Shown piece by piece: positions 10,345-20,323 of a stretch of DNA of 64,000 bases. The notes beneath the pieces were generated by a model that ran no database searches, had not been told where the DNA came from, and was given only the letters and a program-made list of their open reading frames with translations. Origin of the DNA: Patescibacteria group bacterium (GTDB lineage: Bacteria; Patescibacteriota; Minisyncoccia; UBA6257; JACRHW01). Within the stretch, counting starts at the first letter, position 1. The number at the start of each line of letters is the position of its first letter. Location: positions 40,050-104,049 of the forward strand of contig JAGWJP010000002.1 in the NCBI GenBank assembly GCA_028865725.1, read 5' to 3'. Made by a program: the position numbers and the translations under genes.

Positions 10345-10445
10345 AATAAAAAACTCAAAATCCAAAAGTCAAAACTATGCCTGTATCCTTCTTCCCGCGC
10401 GTCATACACCAAAGCATTTCATTTTGACTTTTGATTTTTAATTTC
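10345..10445. repeat. Intergenic element with 7-nt-periodic inverted arms
   Basis: Left arm TCAAAAT-CCAAAAG-TCAAAAC, right arm ATTTTGA-CTTTTGA-TTTTTAA; 12-bp perfect inverted core CAAAAGTCAAAA/TTTTGACTTTTG. Confidence 0.65.
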
Positions 10446-10447
10446 TT

Positions 10448-10735
10448 TTATTTCGTAATGTCCTCCATTTTGTTACAGCACCCACCCTTACACCCTTCTC
10501 CCCCACATTGCGTCTTGCACATCATTCCCATCTTTCCAGCATGGAGTTTCAGAGGAATAGCGAGAATACCGAATGCTACTGCATTCATCCACCAAAATGA
10601 AGGATCGAATCCCCAAAACTCACCCGTACGCATTGCAATCCACATTCCTATTAATGACAACACGCCCAAAATCCAAAGCAACAACCCTATCATTTTTCTA
10701 CAGTGACACCGCGTATGCCATGCATCATGCATCAT
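10448..10735 (-). CDS. Small Cys/His-rich two-TM membrane protein
   Basis: HTRCHC N-terminus, two hydrophobic segments, CKTQCGGEGCKGGCC tail. Confidence 0.65.
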   Translation of the reverse strand: MMHDAWHTRCHCRKMIGLLLWILGVLSLIGMWIAMRTGEFWGFDPSFWWMNAVAFGILAIPLKLHAGKMGMMCKTQCGGEGCKGGCCNKMEDITK

Positions 10736-10863
10736 ACTATTTAATTATTTATTCCTTATTTATTGCCCTATCGACCTTTCAATATTTTTTATAGCTGATA
10801 TCTGGCATCCCGGTAGAGAATACTTTTATACAAACAACCTGATATACAATACAAAATACTTGG

Positions 10864-11724
10864 TTACTCATGTTCAGCCACTATCTTCTCCTGCAACGCG
10901 CGTAGTTCCGCAAGCGCCTGCGTTGCTTGTTCTTTATTCGGAGGTTTTCCATGCCACGCAAAATCATTTTCCATAAATGAGACTCCCTTTCCGGGAATAG
11001 TGTGCGCAATAATCATTGTAGGTTTTTCAAAAATAGCTTTTGCCTCCGCAAGCGCACCAATAATATGAAAAAAATTATGCCCGTCAATCTCAATCACATG
11101 CCAATTAAACGACTCGTATTTCTTTCGCAATGGTTCGAGTGGCATCACATCCTCGGTAAATCCATCGATTTGAATATTGTTCCTATCCAATACTGCGGTA
11201 AGGTTGTGCAATTTATGTTTGCCCGCGAACATTAAGGCTTCCCACGTATTTCCTGCATCATGCTCTCCGTCTGACATAAGACAAAATATGCGATGCTTTT
11301 TGTGATCAAGTCGCGCAGCAAGCGCCATCCCAACCGCTTGAGATAATCCTGATCCCAGGGGACCGGAAGTACTCTCAAGTCCGGGCAATATCGTACGATG
11401 CGGATGCCCCTGAAGCCGACTTCCCACCTTGCGAAGCGTACCCAGTTCCCACTTTTCAAAATACCCTGCCTTTGAGAGTGTCGCGTAGAGAATAGGACAA
11501 ATATGGCCATTCGAGAGCACAAGACGATCACGGTTAGGATCATTGGGATTATTCGGATCATGGTGCATGACATGAAAATAAAGAGCGGTAAAAATATCCG
11601 CCATACCGAGAGGTCCCGCACTATGTCCCGATCCTGCTTCCACAAGCATTTCTATCACATCTTGTCGTAGCTCATTTGCAATGTTCTCGAGTTTATGAAG
11701 CGTAGAGTCGCTCAATGATGTCAT
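10864..11724 (-). CDS. Transketolase, N-terminal subunit
   Basis: AGSGH, LSNGH, LQGHP, SDGEH...DRNN TPP-binding motif. Confidence 0.93.
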   Translation of the reverse strand: MTSLSDSTLHKLENIANELRQDVIEMLVEAGSGHSAGPLGMADIFTALYFHVMHHDPNNPNDPNRDRLVLSNGHICPILYATLSKAGYFEKWELGTLRKVGSRLQGHPHRTILPGLESTSGPLGSGLSQAVGMALAARLDHKKHRIFCLMSDGEHDAGNTWEALMFAGKHKLHNLTAVLDRNNIQIDGFTEDVMPLEPLRKKYESFNWHVIEIDGHNFFHIIGALAEAKAIFEKPTMIIAHTIPGKGVSFMENDFAWHGKPPNKEQATQALAELRALQEKIVAEHE

Positions 11725-11731
11725 AATTGAA

Positions 11732-12373
11732 TTAACTGTGTAATAACTCTTGATATGCCTCACGGGGATTACTACTTTTCATAATGTAAGAAGCTGACAC
11801 TATCGTGTCGGCCCCCGCTTCTTGTATGCGTTTTGCGGTTTCTGGAGTCATCCCCCCATCTACCTCCAGTATACCACTTGGAAACATCTTGCGAAGTGCA
11901 TGAATTTTTTGAAGCGCCTCTTCACCAAATTTCTGCCCTGCCGCACCAGGATGCACTGCAAGCACCTGTACAAGATCCATCGGGGTACGCGGAAAAATGA
12001 AATTTTCAATTGACGCATGCGGTGCAAATGATATACCGAATTGAATATGCTTAGCAGTACACTTGTTCAGCAATTCGTTGGGATCAGAAACCGCGTCGCT
12101 TTGTACGATAATGCGCCCTACGCAGGGTTGCAACCACGAATCAATAGTCTTCTCGGGATTTCGAATCATAAGGTGAACCTCGAAAATGCTACGATCGGAA
12201 ACACGAGATAAATCGTAAGGATTATTCCACAAGGGATAGGTACTATAAAACCCGTCAGTAACATCGAGATGAACAAACCCTTTGTGTTCCGGGATATTTT
12301 GTTTTACAAATGCAAGCTGTTCTTGCACTCCTTCAAATGTTGCTGCGTTGATCGCTGGTATAACCTGCATCAA
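11732..12373 (-). CDS. rpe: Ribulose-phosphate 3-epimerase
   Basis: HLDVTDG, EVHLM, VHPGAAGQKF, EVDGG. Confidence 0.9.
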   Translation of the reverse strand: MMQVIPAINAATFEGVQEQLAFVKQNIPEHKGFVHLDVTDGFYSTYPLWNNPYDLSRVSDRSIFEVHLMIRNPEKTIDSWLQPCVGRIIVQSDAVSDPNELLNKCTAKHIQFGISFAPHASIENFIFPRTPMDLVQVLAVHPGAAGQKFGEEALQKIHALRKMFPSGILEVDGGMTPETAKRIQEAGADTIVSASYIMKSSNPREAYQELLHS

Positions 12374-12388
12374 TAAAAAATAAAACCT

Positions 12389-12823
12389 TTAAAACTTTGC
12401 CAATCTGCGCTTGTGCCGTTCCTCTTCAGAAAATGGTGTCTCGAGCCATAGCGCAATCACTGTAAATGCTTCCTCTTTACTCACGAAACGGGCGCCAAGC
12501 GAAAGAACATTTGCGTTATTGTGCGCGCGAGAAAGCCGAATAATCTCGTGAGATCCTCCATAATATACTGTTGCACGTACTCCCGGAATCCTGTTCGCCA
12601 CCATTGCTTCTCCCTCTCCCGATCCTCCTAATACAATACCCCTACTCGACTCATCTTGTGCGACCGCCTCTGCCGCGGGGCGAATAAAATCCGGATAATC
12701 ATCTCCGGGGTCAAAGGAAAACGCGCCGCAATCTTGCACCTCGTAGCCTTTTTCTAAAAGAAATGACTTGATACTCTCTTTAAGTTCAAACCCCGCATGA
12801 TCTGTTCCCAGGTATATTTTCAT
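12389..12823 (-). CDS. rpiB: Ribose-5-phosphate isomerase B
   Basis: GTDHAGF, GGSGEGE, HNNANVLSLGAR, RHKRR. Confidence 0.95.
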   Translation of the reverse strand: MKIYLGTDHAGFELKESIKSFLLEKGYEVQDCGAFSFDPGDDYPDFIRPAAEAVAQDESSRGIVLGGSGEGEAMVANRIPGVRATVYYGGSHEIIRLSRAHNNANVLSLGARFVSKEEAFTVIALWLETPFSEEERHKRRLAKF

Positions 12824-12912
12824 AGAAAACAGAAAATAGAACCTAGAAAGTAGAATTTAGAATGGTGTCATGATATCTTTTTCTATGTTCTACTTTCTAT
12901 TCTCTACTTTCT
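12823..12912. repeat. Intergenic element with 7-nt-periodic inverted arms
   Basis: About six TAGAANN units facing about five TTCTANN units around a short spacer. Confidence 0.7.
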
Positions 12913-12915
12913 TTA

Positions 12916-13926
12916 TTAGAATGTCTCGCCTGCTTTCAATATATGTTGCACAAGTGTCGCCACATATCCCCATTCATTATCATACCATGACACTACCTTC
13001 ACTAAATTACCGTCCACTACGCGCGTAAACTGCGTATCCACTATCGCACCGTATGGATCCTTTTGAATATCAGAGGATACTAATTGATCATCGCTTACCT
13101 TGAATATTCCTTTCCATCGCGACTGCTCTGCCGCATCTCGAAAAAGTGCATTCACTTCCTCCACAGTCGTATTGCGCTTTGTAAGACAAGTAATATCAGC
13201 GACAGAACCGGTAATCACGGGTACACGAAATGCAATACCGTCAAATTTTTCTTCCAAACGAGGAATAGCTCGCGCGACTGCAATGGCAGCGCCTGTCGAA
13301 GAGGGCACAATATTTTGTCCTGCGGCACGCCCTCTTCTGAAATCCTTTCCTCTTGTCGGACCGTCCACTAAGTTCTGGGTAGCCGTATACCCATGAATAG
13401 TGCTCAACATAGCTTTTTCTATTCCCAGTGATTCCTCTAAAACTTCCATAACGGGAGACGTCGCGTTCGTGGTACAAGACCCATTGGAGGAAATAAGACA
13501 TGTTTTTAACGCTTCATCATTGACACCCATTAACACCGTCTTCCCCCCTTCCACTCCATCGGCATCTTTTGCGGGAGCAGTGATCACTACTCTTTTTGCT
13601 CCTGCGTCAATATGCGCCTTTGCTTTTTCAAATGACTCAAAAAAACCAGTAGCTTCTACTGCGATATCAACGCCTAGTTCGCCCCAGGGAAGTTCGTGAG
13701 GATCTTTCACTTGAAATACCTTGATCGAGGTATCTTCTATCATCAAGTTTCCGTCGCGCACGTCAACATTTTTTTCATAACGCCCGTATACTGTATCGTA
13801 CTTCAATAAGTATGCGAGATTTTCAATATCTCCCAAATCATTAATTGCAACAATCTCTGCCTTATCCGACAGTTCACGAAATAATAACCTTCCAATACGC
13901 CCGAACCCATTAATAGCAATTTTCAT
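12916..13926 (-). CDS. gap: Type I glyceraldehyde-3-phosphate dehydrogenase
   Basis: INGFGRIGR, SNGSCTTN, WYDNEWGY. Confidence 0.97.
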   Translation of the reverse strand: MKIAINGFGRIGRLLFRELSDKAEIVAINDLGDIENLAYLLKYDTVYGRYEKNVDVRDGNLMIEDTSIKVFQVKDPHELPWGELGVDIAVEATGFFESFEKAKAHIDAGAKRVVITAPAKDADGVEGGKTVLMGVNDEALKTCLISSNGSCTTNATSPVMEVLEESLGIEKAMLSTIHGYTATQNLVDGPTRGKDFRRGRAAGQNIVPSSTGAAIAVARAIPRLEEKFDGIAFRVPVITGSVADITCLTKRNTTVEEVNALFRDAAEQSRWKGIFKVSDDQLVSSDIQKDPYGAIVDTQFTRVVDGNLVKVVSWYDNEWGYVATLVQHILKAGETF

Positions 13927-13944
13927 AGTGAGGTAATGAATATG

Positions 13945-14868
13945 TTATGATCTTTGCGGCGTAATCAAGTAACTATAAATATCGAGAACTGCGCGTATGG
14001 CATCACCTGCCGCAATATTGTTTTGTTTATAAGGCATCGTCGTCACGTCTCCCGCCGCCCACACCCCAGAAACCGATGTTCTCCCGCGACTATCTACCTC
14101 GACTTCTCCATAAGGATTCAATGATACGAGTGTGCGTACTAATTCTGAATTTGGAATACTGCCGATCTCTACAAACACTCCGTCTACTTGAAGGGTATGC
14201 TGTTCTTTTGTGTCCGTATCCTCGTATATGAGTCCCGTGACAACTGTATCTCCTATTATTTCCTTCGTTGCCGCATTCAATAACACGGACACGCGCGGAT
14301 TACTTGCTACCTGTTCCTGGGTGACCGCATCCCCCTTGAGTGCCGCGCTCCTTTGTAACAAATAAATCTTGTTGGCATACGGAAATAAATCAATAACTGC
14401 TTCGAGACCTGCATTCCCTCCCCCTACCACCGCGACAGTTTTTCCCTGAAACAAGGGAGCATCGCAAATACTGCAATACACCACCCCTTTTCCATCAAGC
14501 TCTTTTTCTCCAGGTATCCCAAGTTTTCTTCTTCTTCCTCCTGTGGCAACAAGTACAGTCTTTGTTTCAAATTGATTTCCACGTTCTGTCATCACTGTAA
14601 ATTTGTCGTCGTGCTTCGCTACTGATGCGACGCGCTCCCCCGTCTTTACTTCTACGCTTTCCTGCGCACGAAGATGCTGTTCAAGCGCAATAGAGAGATC
14701 GTATCCAGATATAGAACGCGTCCCAATCCAATTTTGAATATCCTGCGATACCACAGACTGCCCTCCAAATTGATCGGCAAGTACCAATGTATTTAATTTT
14801 TTCCGCGCAGCATATACTCCTCCCGCCGCCGCCGCAGGACCTCCGCCTATGATAATAAGGTCGTACAT
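13945..14868 (-). CDS. Thioredoxin reductase / AhpF-like FAD oxidoreductase
   Basis: GGGPA, CSICD redox motif, GGGNAG, AAGD. Confidence 0.88.
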   Translation of the reverse strand: MYDLIIIGGGPAAAAGGVYAARKKLNTLVLADQFGGQSVVSQDIQNWIGTRSISGYDLSIALEQHLRAQESVEVKTGERVASVAKHDDKFTVMTERGNQFETKTVLVATGGRRRKLGIPGEKELDGKGVVYCSICDAPLFQGKTVAVVGGGNAGLEAVIDLFPYANKIYLLQRSAALKGDAVTQEQVASNPRVSVLLNAATKEIIGDTVVTGLIYEDTDTKEQHTLQVDGVFVEIGSIPNSELVRTLVSLNPYGEVEVDSRGRTSVSGVWAAGDVTTMPYKQNNIAAGDAIRAVLDIYSYLITPQRS

Positions 14869-14927
14869 AAAAAAATCTAAGAACTGGATCGGGAAAAAAA
14901 TTTATTCCGGATCCTGCATTCTTAATG

Positions 14928-15155
14928 CTAAAGTTTTAATAGTTCACGCAGTTTCGGTTCATTAAAACCAAGAACGACCGTGCCATCAATATCGATTACA
15001 GGGACACCCTGCTGGTGGGACTTATTGAACATCTCTTCCCGCGCGCTAAGATCTTCGAGCACATTAAACTCTTTGTATTCAACGTTGTTTTTCTTAAAAA
15101 ATTCTTTTGCCATTTTGCAATAGACACATGTGGGGGTGGTATATATTAAGACCAT
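14928..15155 (-). CDS. Glutaredoxin / NrdH-like redoxin
   Basis: YTTPTCVYC, GVPVI. Confidence 0.9.
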   Translation of the reverse strand: MVLIYTTPTCVYCKMAKEFFKKNNVEYKEFNVLEDLSAREEMFNKSHQQGVPVIDIDGTVVLGFNEPKLRELLKL

Positions 15156-15176
15156 ATGTTTGAAAATTGATAAGTA

Positions 15177-15485
15177 TTATTTTCCACTTTTTATTTTTAA
15201 TTTGCGTTCGAGAAGAGCAATACGCGCAAGCGCGTCTTCAAATTCATCGCGATAGACAACGTGACGTTTAAGTTCTGCGACATCGCGCGAAACCGTTTCG
15301 ATCTCTGCGTTCAAGTGATGAAGCTCTACTTCTACTTTTGTGAGGCGTGTTTCCACACCATCAAGGCGTGTTTCCACACCATCAAGGCGTGTTTCCACAC
15401 CATCAAGGCGTGTTTCCACACCATCAAATCCTCGCTGAACCATCCCAGCAAGATCATCAAGAGTGATTCGTTTTGTCTTGTTCAT
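15177..15485 (-). CDS. Small coiled-coil protein with heptad tandem repeat
   Basis: MNKTKRITLDDLAGMVQRGFD, then GVETRL(D) four times. Confidence 0.75.
   Translation of the reverse strand: MNKTKRITLDDLAGMVQRGFDGVETRLDGVETRLDGVETRLDGVETRLTKVEVELHHLNAEIETVSRDVAELKRHVVYRDEFEDALARIALLERKLKIKSGK
15343..15426. repeat. Coding tandem repeat, 4 x 21 nt exact
   Basis: AGGCGTGTTTCCACACCATCA repeated four times head to tail. Confidence 0.95.
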
Positions 15486-15531
15486 AGTTTTAGTATAGCA
15501 AATTTTTTTTCCCTCAAAAATACCCAATCTC

Positions 15532-16236
15532 CTACTTGAGCGCGGCATCAATTACTCGCTCGAAATCCGAGGGAGGAAGTGCTCCTACCAGTATTTTTCC
15601 ATTAATAAAGAACGTGGGCGTCCCCTCTACTCCTAGCGTGCTTCCGTCTGCTGCGTCAGCCTTGATTTGATCTGCGTGAATATGCTGACTGATACATTGA
15701 CTAAATTGGGTCATATTGAGTCCGGTAGCGTGTGCCCATGCGATGATGTCATCATTCGTCGTAGTGGTAATCGTACCTTCCCCCAACTTGTTTTGCTCTC
15801 CAAAAATACGGTCATGCATCTCCCAAAACTTTCCTTGATCATTCGCGCAGAGGGCTGCTTCTGCATAGGGAACTGCCATTGGGTGAATAGAAAGGGGAAA
15901 ATTACGATACACAAACTTCACCTTGCCCGTATCAATATACTCCTTTTTAAGCGCGGGGAATGTATCCCTCCAAAATACCCTACAAAATGGGCACTCAAAA
16001 TCACTAAACTCAACTACTGTCACTGATGCATTTTTGTTACCGAGCGCCACGCCGCCACGATTCAGTACTTCCATGTCAACCGGCTGCACTGTTGGTGTAG
16101 TGGCACCATGGTCTGGCGAGACGCCTAAATTGTGAACAGAATAATACGCTGCAGAAAAAATAATACTTCCTCCCAAAATCGCGGCAGCAAGAATAAGTAT
16201 ATTTGAAGAATCATTATTGTTTTTTATTTCATTCAT
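15532..16236 (-). CDS. DsbA-family thiol-disulfide oxidoreductase
   Basis: TM anchor, EFSDFECPFC, GVEGTPTFFING. Confidence 0.92.
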   Translation of the reverse strand: MNEIKNNNDSSNILILAAAILGGSIIFSAAYYSVHNLGVSPDHGATTPTVQPVDMEVLNRGGVALGNKNASVTVVEFSDFECPFCRVFWRDTFPALKKEYIDTGKVKFVYRNFPLSIHPMAVPYAEAALCANDQGKFWEMHDRIFGEQNKLGEGTITTTTNDDIIAWAHATGLNMTQFSQCISQHIHADQIKADAADGSTLGVEGTPTFFINGKILVGALPPSDFERVIDAALK

Positions 16237-16400
16237 AATGAGAGAATATATCTTAGTGTACCACAAAATTCATAAATACAAATTTTCTCTCTCCATTAGA
16301 CATTGATTATTTATAAAACGATCGTTATGTAATTTATGGTGACATGCACCCTATAATCACCCGCCCATACCGGATTACCTCTCTGAAGTTTTCCGAATAA

Positions 16401-16433
16401 CAAAAGCCCCCGTCATAAGACGAGGGCGTTTGT
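16401..16433 (-). terminator. Terminator-like hairpin after the S-layer-like gene
   Basis: GCCCTCGTC-TTAT-GACGGGGGC-TTTTG on the minus strand. Confidence 0.65.
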
Positions 16434-16476
16434 ATCTGGTTTTGAGCTACCAGAAAACTATCCTCAACTCACGCTA

Positions 16477-19400
16477 TTAGAAGCTGAAGTTGCTGACCTG
16501 ACCGTTTATTGGAGTGACCACAATTGGATTGATAGATGCATTAGAAACACCATCATTCCATGAAGCGGCCTGAAGGTTAATCTGGTAAGAGCGTGTGCCT
16601 GTTGTGGTTAACAAGTTTGTTGCGCTACCAAGATTAGCCTTTACGATCAAGTACTGTGTCGAACCCTTTGCAACAGTCCACCCCGTAGAACCATTAAGTG
16701 TCACTACGTAAGTGTTTGTTGATGTTGCGGTCGATGTTCCAAGCGTAGTGGATGGAGCATCGCTACCATACACTGTCAACGCTACGGAAGATGAACTCTG
16801 AAGCAATGAACCTGCCATGCTGAGTGAAACAGACTTCACGACGACATCATGGTTTGCACCCGCGGTGATGTTGAATTGACCAACAATCGATCCGTCAGAC
16901 AAACCTGCTGGTGAAGTGAAGGAAGGTCCTATAGCAGGCACCATTGATGTCTGGTAGATGGTAAACGTTGCTCCGGTGTTTACAGCCAATGCAACGCTTG
17001 CATCTGATCCTGACATGTGGCCTTGTGCAGTGATAGAAGGAATACCTACGTACACTGTATCTGCAGAAGTTGCGCCACCCGTCTGATCGTTCATATCAGC
17101 CACAACATTCAAGTTTATGTAGCTGTTCTGAGGAACATTAAGTGGTGTGCTGAGAGTAAAGGTGGTTGTTGAGCTTGCTGCTGAAATACCAGAAACCGCT
17201 GAACCAACCTGAGTCGTACCGCTCATCAAGCGAAGGTTCTTGATGTCGTTTGCAGATGATGCATGGACATCAACACCCAAAGAGGTGACATCAACAGACT
17301 CGCTGTTGCTCGTCTCTGAAAGCTTGAAGCTTCCAAGAACTACGCCAGAAACTCCCATACCGACCTGTTGGGTCTGTATAGACGGGGTTGCTAATGCAGA
17401 GGTTAATGTACCCGCCGAATTTACCGTGACACTCTGACCGGCAACAGATGTTCCTGTTGCAGTACGAGTGGTATTTGTAGAAGCTCCTGTTCCCTGTGCG
17501 GTTGTCAAACTTACAACCGTCGATGCAGAGGAGGTTGCTCCCGAAACGGTGTCAGCATACACATCTACTACGATCTGACCACCTGTCGCGATTGCGATTG
17601 GTGCAGATGGAGAAACGGTGAATGCCGATGTTGTTACCGTTGCCTGTGTAGAACCAACCTGCGTGCCACCCACCATCACCTTCATATTCTGAAGATGACC
17701 TGCAGTTGAACTTGGGGTAAGCGTAAGGCTTGTTACATTAATGCCTTCTGCAGGACCTGCAGTAAGCGTAAATGAACCCACGCGTACTCCCATTGCACCC
17801 GCCACGGTAGAAATTGAACCCACTGCGTTGTTCTTTGCCGCTACAAACGGTGCAGAAGATGCACTGAGTGCATTTCCTGAATGCGTTGTTGTATCGGTAA
17901 TCGCTGCAAGTGAAGTATATCCCTGACCCGTAATGGATGTGATACTGCCTGTTACGCTACCCGCATACGCAGCAGCAATGTCTGCAATAACCGACAATTT
18001 GCGTGTTGTATTTGCTGGGATAATGTAGTTCAGGTTAGTAAGCGCATTTGCTTTTGACGTTCCCACTGTAGCGCCCGCAGTAACGGTGGTACCAATCTGG
18101 ACACCCTGATCATCTACGAGCTTTAGGTTATTCCATACGGTTGTTTCTGCACCGGAAGTATAACTTCCGATTTGATACGTAAGTGCAGTAATTCTCACAG
18201 GCTCACCATTTGCCTGGAAGTCAAATGTGGCAAGTGTTGCGTTTGTTGCACCTGCTGCAACGTAGTTATTTGGAGATGCTGCATCCTTGTTTACCACAAG
18301 AGTACCTGCATTCACCGTTACTTGTGTCGCAGAGATTGGGAATGATACCTGTGCCAACACTGATGCGCCTACATTGTAGGTCATGTCTGTTGCAACCACA
18401 TCATACGAGCGCTGGATAGTGAACGTCATATGGCGATTCACACCACCAACCACATCTGCGTACACAGAAAGATTTACCGTCTGACCTGAAGCAATCTGTA
18501 AAGGATTCTTGGAGAGGTCAAACACCGCCGTTCCGTCTGCATTCAAGTTTGCGAGTGTTGCACCTACCTGGGTGGTTCCATTCATAAGCTTGATATTTGC
18601 GAGATCGGTTGAAGCATTAATCGTATCATTCTCTGTGAGTTTGATAGACTTCACGCTTACTGCGCTGTTTGCAGAAACAAATGAGAACTGACCTGCCAAG
18701 AAGTTTGTTGTTCCGGCATTTACTGAACCACCTGTTGAAAGGTTGTTAAGGGTCAACGTTGCGAGTGATGGATTTGAAACCGTCACCGCCGTCATCTGGT
18801 TTCCTGTCATTGGGAAGGAGCCTGAGACACTCGTAGAAGCGGTGATATCGGAAGCCGAGTTCACGCCAAATGCGAATGTTTTTGAAGCACCCGTTGTTGC
18901 AATATCAGCAGCTACTGTGATCAAGCGTGTTTGGCCTGCTTTCACAGTAAACAACCCCGAGCTGAGAGAGAACTGTACTTTTCCATTTGACAACCCGATG
19001 TTTGTGGCGAGCACGGTGCTACCATCCATCAAGTATACATTCGATACGTCATTATCGCTCGAAAGTCCCGAACGATATACGTTCATTGCGGTCACAGTGG
19101 TGTCGCTTGAACCGCCCACAACTTTCAACACCATGAAAGGAATTTTACTTCCTCCTGCAGGGAAGTTCCCTGCTGCAGGGTTTGATGCATCGACAGAAAC
19201 TGTCAATCCATTTCCTGTTGGAGCTGGAGTTGTCGTTCCTGTGGTCGTTGTTGTTGTCGTTCCTGTGGTCGTTGTTGTTGTCGTTCCTGTGGTCGTTGTT
19301 GTTGTTGCGGTCATAGACGCAAATGCCTTCTGCGAAATAGGACCGAAATAACCTGCTGCAGGAGATACTCCCTTTGCAGCTTGCCATTTTGCTACTGCCG

Positions 19401-19752
19401 CTTTGGTCAAAGAACCAAAGTATCCTGTCGCAGGCACTGCGAGATAGCCATCGCTATGCAATACCCCTTGTAAGCAGGTGACATCATTACCACGTGAACC
19501 TACGGTGAGGCTTCGTGAGAATGAGCATGCTGCAGATGCCGTACTTGCACCTGTTGATGCGCTGAGCTGCGCTTGTAACGCAGTGATCTGTTGCAACAAC
19601 GATGCAATCTGAGCCTGAAGCTCTTCAACAGTTGCAGCTTTCGCAACAGTTGGAAGCGCTAATGCTGCCCCGGAAAGCCACATCGCAGTGGTCAATGAAA
19701 GTCCGATTGCGATTACTTTCGCAGCAGTCTTTTTGAATTTGTTGTTACCCAT
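16477..19752 (-). CDS. Large secreted S-layer-like surface protein with N-terminal peptidoglycan-binding domain
   Basis: Signal peptide, coiled LQAQIASLLQQI, LTVGSRGNDV...TGYFGSLTKAAV...GYFGP, Thr linker, then repeated beta-rich Ser/Thr domains. Confidence 0.8.
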   Translation of the reverse strand: MGNNKFKKTAAKVIAIGLSLTTAMWLSGAALALPTVAKAATVEELQAQIASLLQQITALQAQLSASTGASTASAACSFSRSLTVGSRGNDVTCLQGVLHSDGYLAVPATGYFGSLTKAAVAKWQAAKGVSPAAGYFGPISQKAFASMTATTTTTTGTTTTTTTGTTTTTTTGTTTPAPTGNGLTVSVDASNPAAGNFPAGGSKIPFMVLKVVGGSSDTTVTAMNVYRSGLSSDNDVSNVYLMDGSTVLATNIGLSNGKVQFSLSSGLFTVKAGQTRLITVAADIATTGASKTFAFGVNSASDITASTSVSGSFPMTGNQMTAVTVSNPSLATLTLNNLSTGGSVNAGTTNFLAGQFSFVSANSAVSVKSIKLTENDTINASTDLANIKLMNGTTQVGATLANLNADGTAVFDLSKNPLQIASGQTVNLSVYADVVGGVNRHMTFTIQRSYDVVATDMTYNVGASVLAQVSFPISATQVTVNAGTLVVNKDAASPNNYVAAGATNATLATFDFQANGEPVRITALTYQIGSYTSGAETTVWNNLKLVDDQGVQIGTTVTAGATVGTSKANALTNLNYIIPANTTRKLSVIADIAAAYAGSVTGSITSITGQGYTSLAAITDTTTHSGNALSASSAPFVAAKNNAVGSISTVAGAMGVRVGSFTLTAGPAEGINVTSLTLTPSSTAGHLQNMKVMVGGTQVGSTQATVTTSAFTVSPSAPIAIATGGQIVVDVYADTVSGATSSASTVVSLTTAQGTGASTNTTRTATGTSVAGQSVTVNSAGTLTSALATPSIQTQQVGMGVSGVVLGSFKLSETSNSESVDVTSLGVDVHASSANDIKNLRLMSGTTQVGSAVSGISAASSTTTFTLSTPLNVPQNSYINLNVVADMNDQTGGATSADTVYVGIPSITAQGHMSGSDASVALAVNTGATFTIYQTSMVPAIGPSFTSPAGLSDGSIVGQFNITAGANHDVVVKSVSLSMAGSLLQSSSSVALTVYGSDAPSTTLGTSTATSTNTYVVTLNGSTGWTVAKGSTQYLIVKANLGSATNLLTTTGTRSYQINLQAASWNDGVSNASINPIVVTPINGQVSNFSF
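19229..19300. repeat. Coding tandem repeat, 3 x 24 nt (TTTTGTTT linker)
   Basis: GTTGTCGTTCCTGTGGTCGTTGTT repeated three times. Confidence 0.9.
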
Positions 19753-20323
19753 AATATGCTGTTTGTTTATTTTTATACGATTTGATTTTGCAATTCGACC
19801 TCGCAAAACAAATCGTCTTATTAACAATTGCTTTAATTACTTTTCTGGATGAGCCAAGAGCATGATAAGCTTTGAACCTACCATCGACCTTGAAAGTGGC
19901 TCATTATTTCAAAATAATAAAATAATTAGGAAATACCAACTGTTTATCCTTTTCATTCCTTCCTTATTTGTTTTTCAAATACCGTTCGTTGCGATCGTAT
20001 TTTTTCTTTTCTCCTCACATCTATTGTACTACAGAAATATGTACACGAGATGTGAAAAGAAAAATGTCCCCTAACCTAAAAAATGGGATGGCAGGAAAAA
20101 TCTAGCAATTTGCTTGATTTGTCCAGACCCAATTATTATAATCCATTTTACCAAAAAAAGCAACCCCTTTTCAAGCTTTTTTCTGTGGAAAACCATCCCC
20201 TTCATTTTTCACAAAAAAACTTTTCATCACTCTTCTTTAATACAACGAGATTGTTCCTCGCTACGTTACACTCTCTTCTTATTTCTATTTCAATTCTTTT
20301 AAGCCGCAGTTGGTAAACTCTTT

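Noticed and set aside
15343-15426. 21-nt repeats as a CRISPR array
   Set aside because: They are head to tail with no spacers and lie in frame within a coding sequence.
18743-19351. Long antisense or alternate-frame ORFs (also 53328-53945, 52404-52967, 24003-25940 and others)
   Set aside because: They are shadows of well-supported genes on the opposite strand and show no recognisable motifs.
20100-20323. AT-rich region with a DnaA-box-like TGTGGAAAA as a possible replication origin
   Set aside because: Only one imperfect box and no dnaA/dnaN nearby; more simply the S-layer promoter region.
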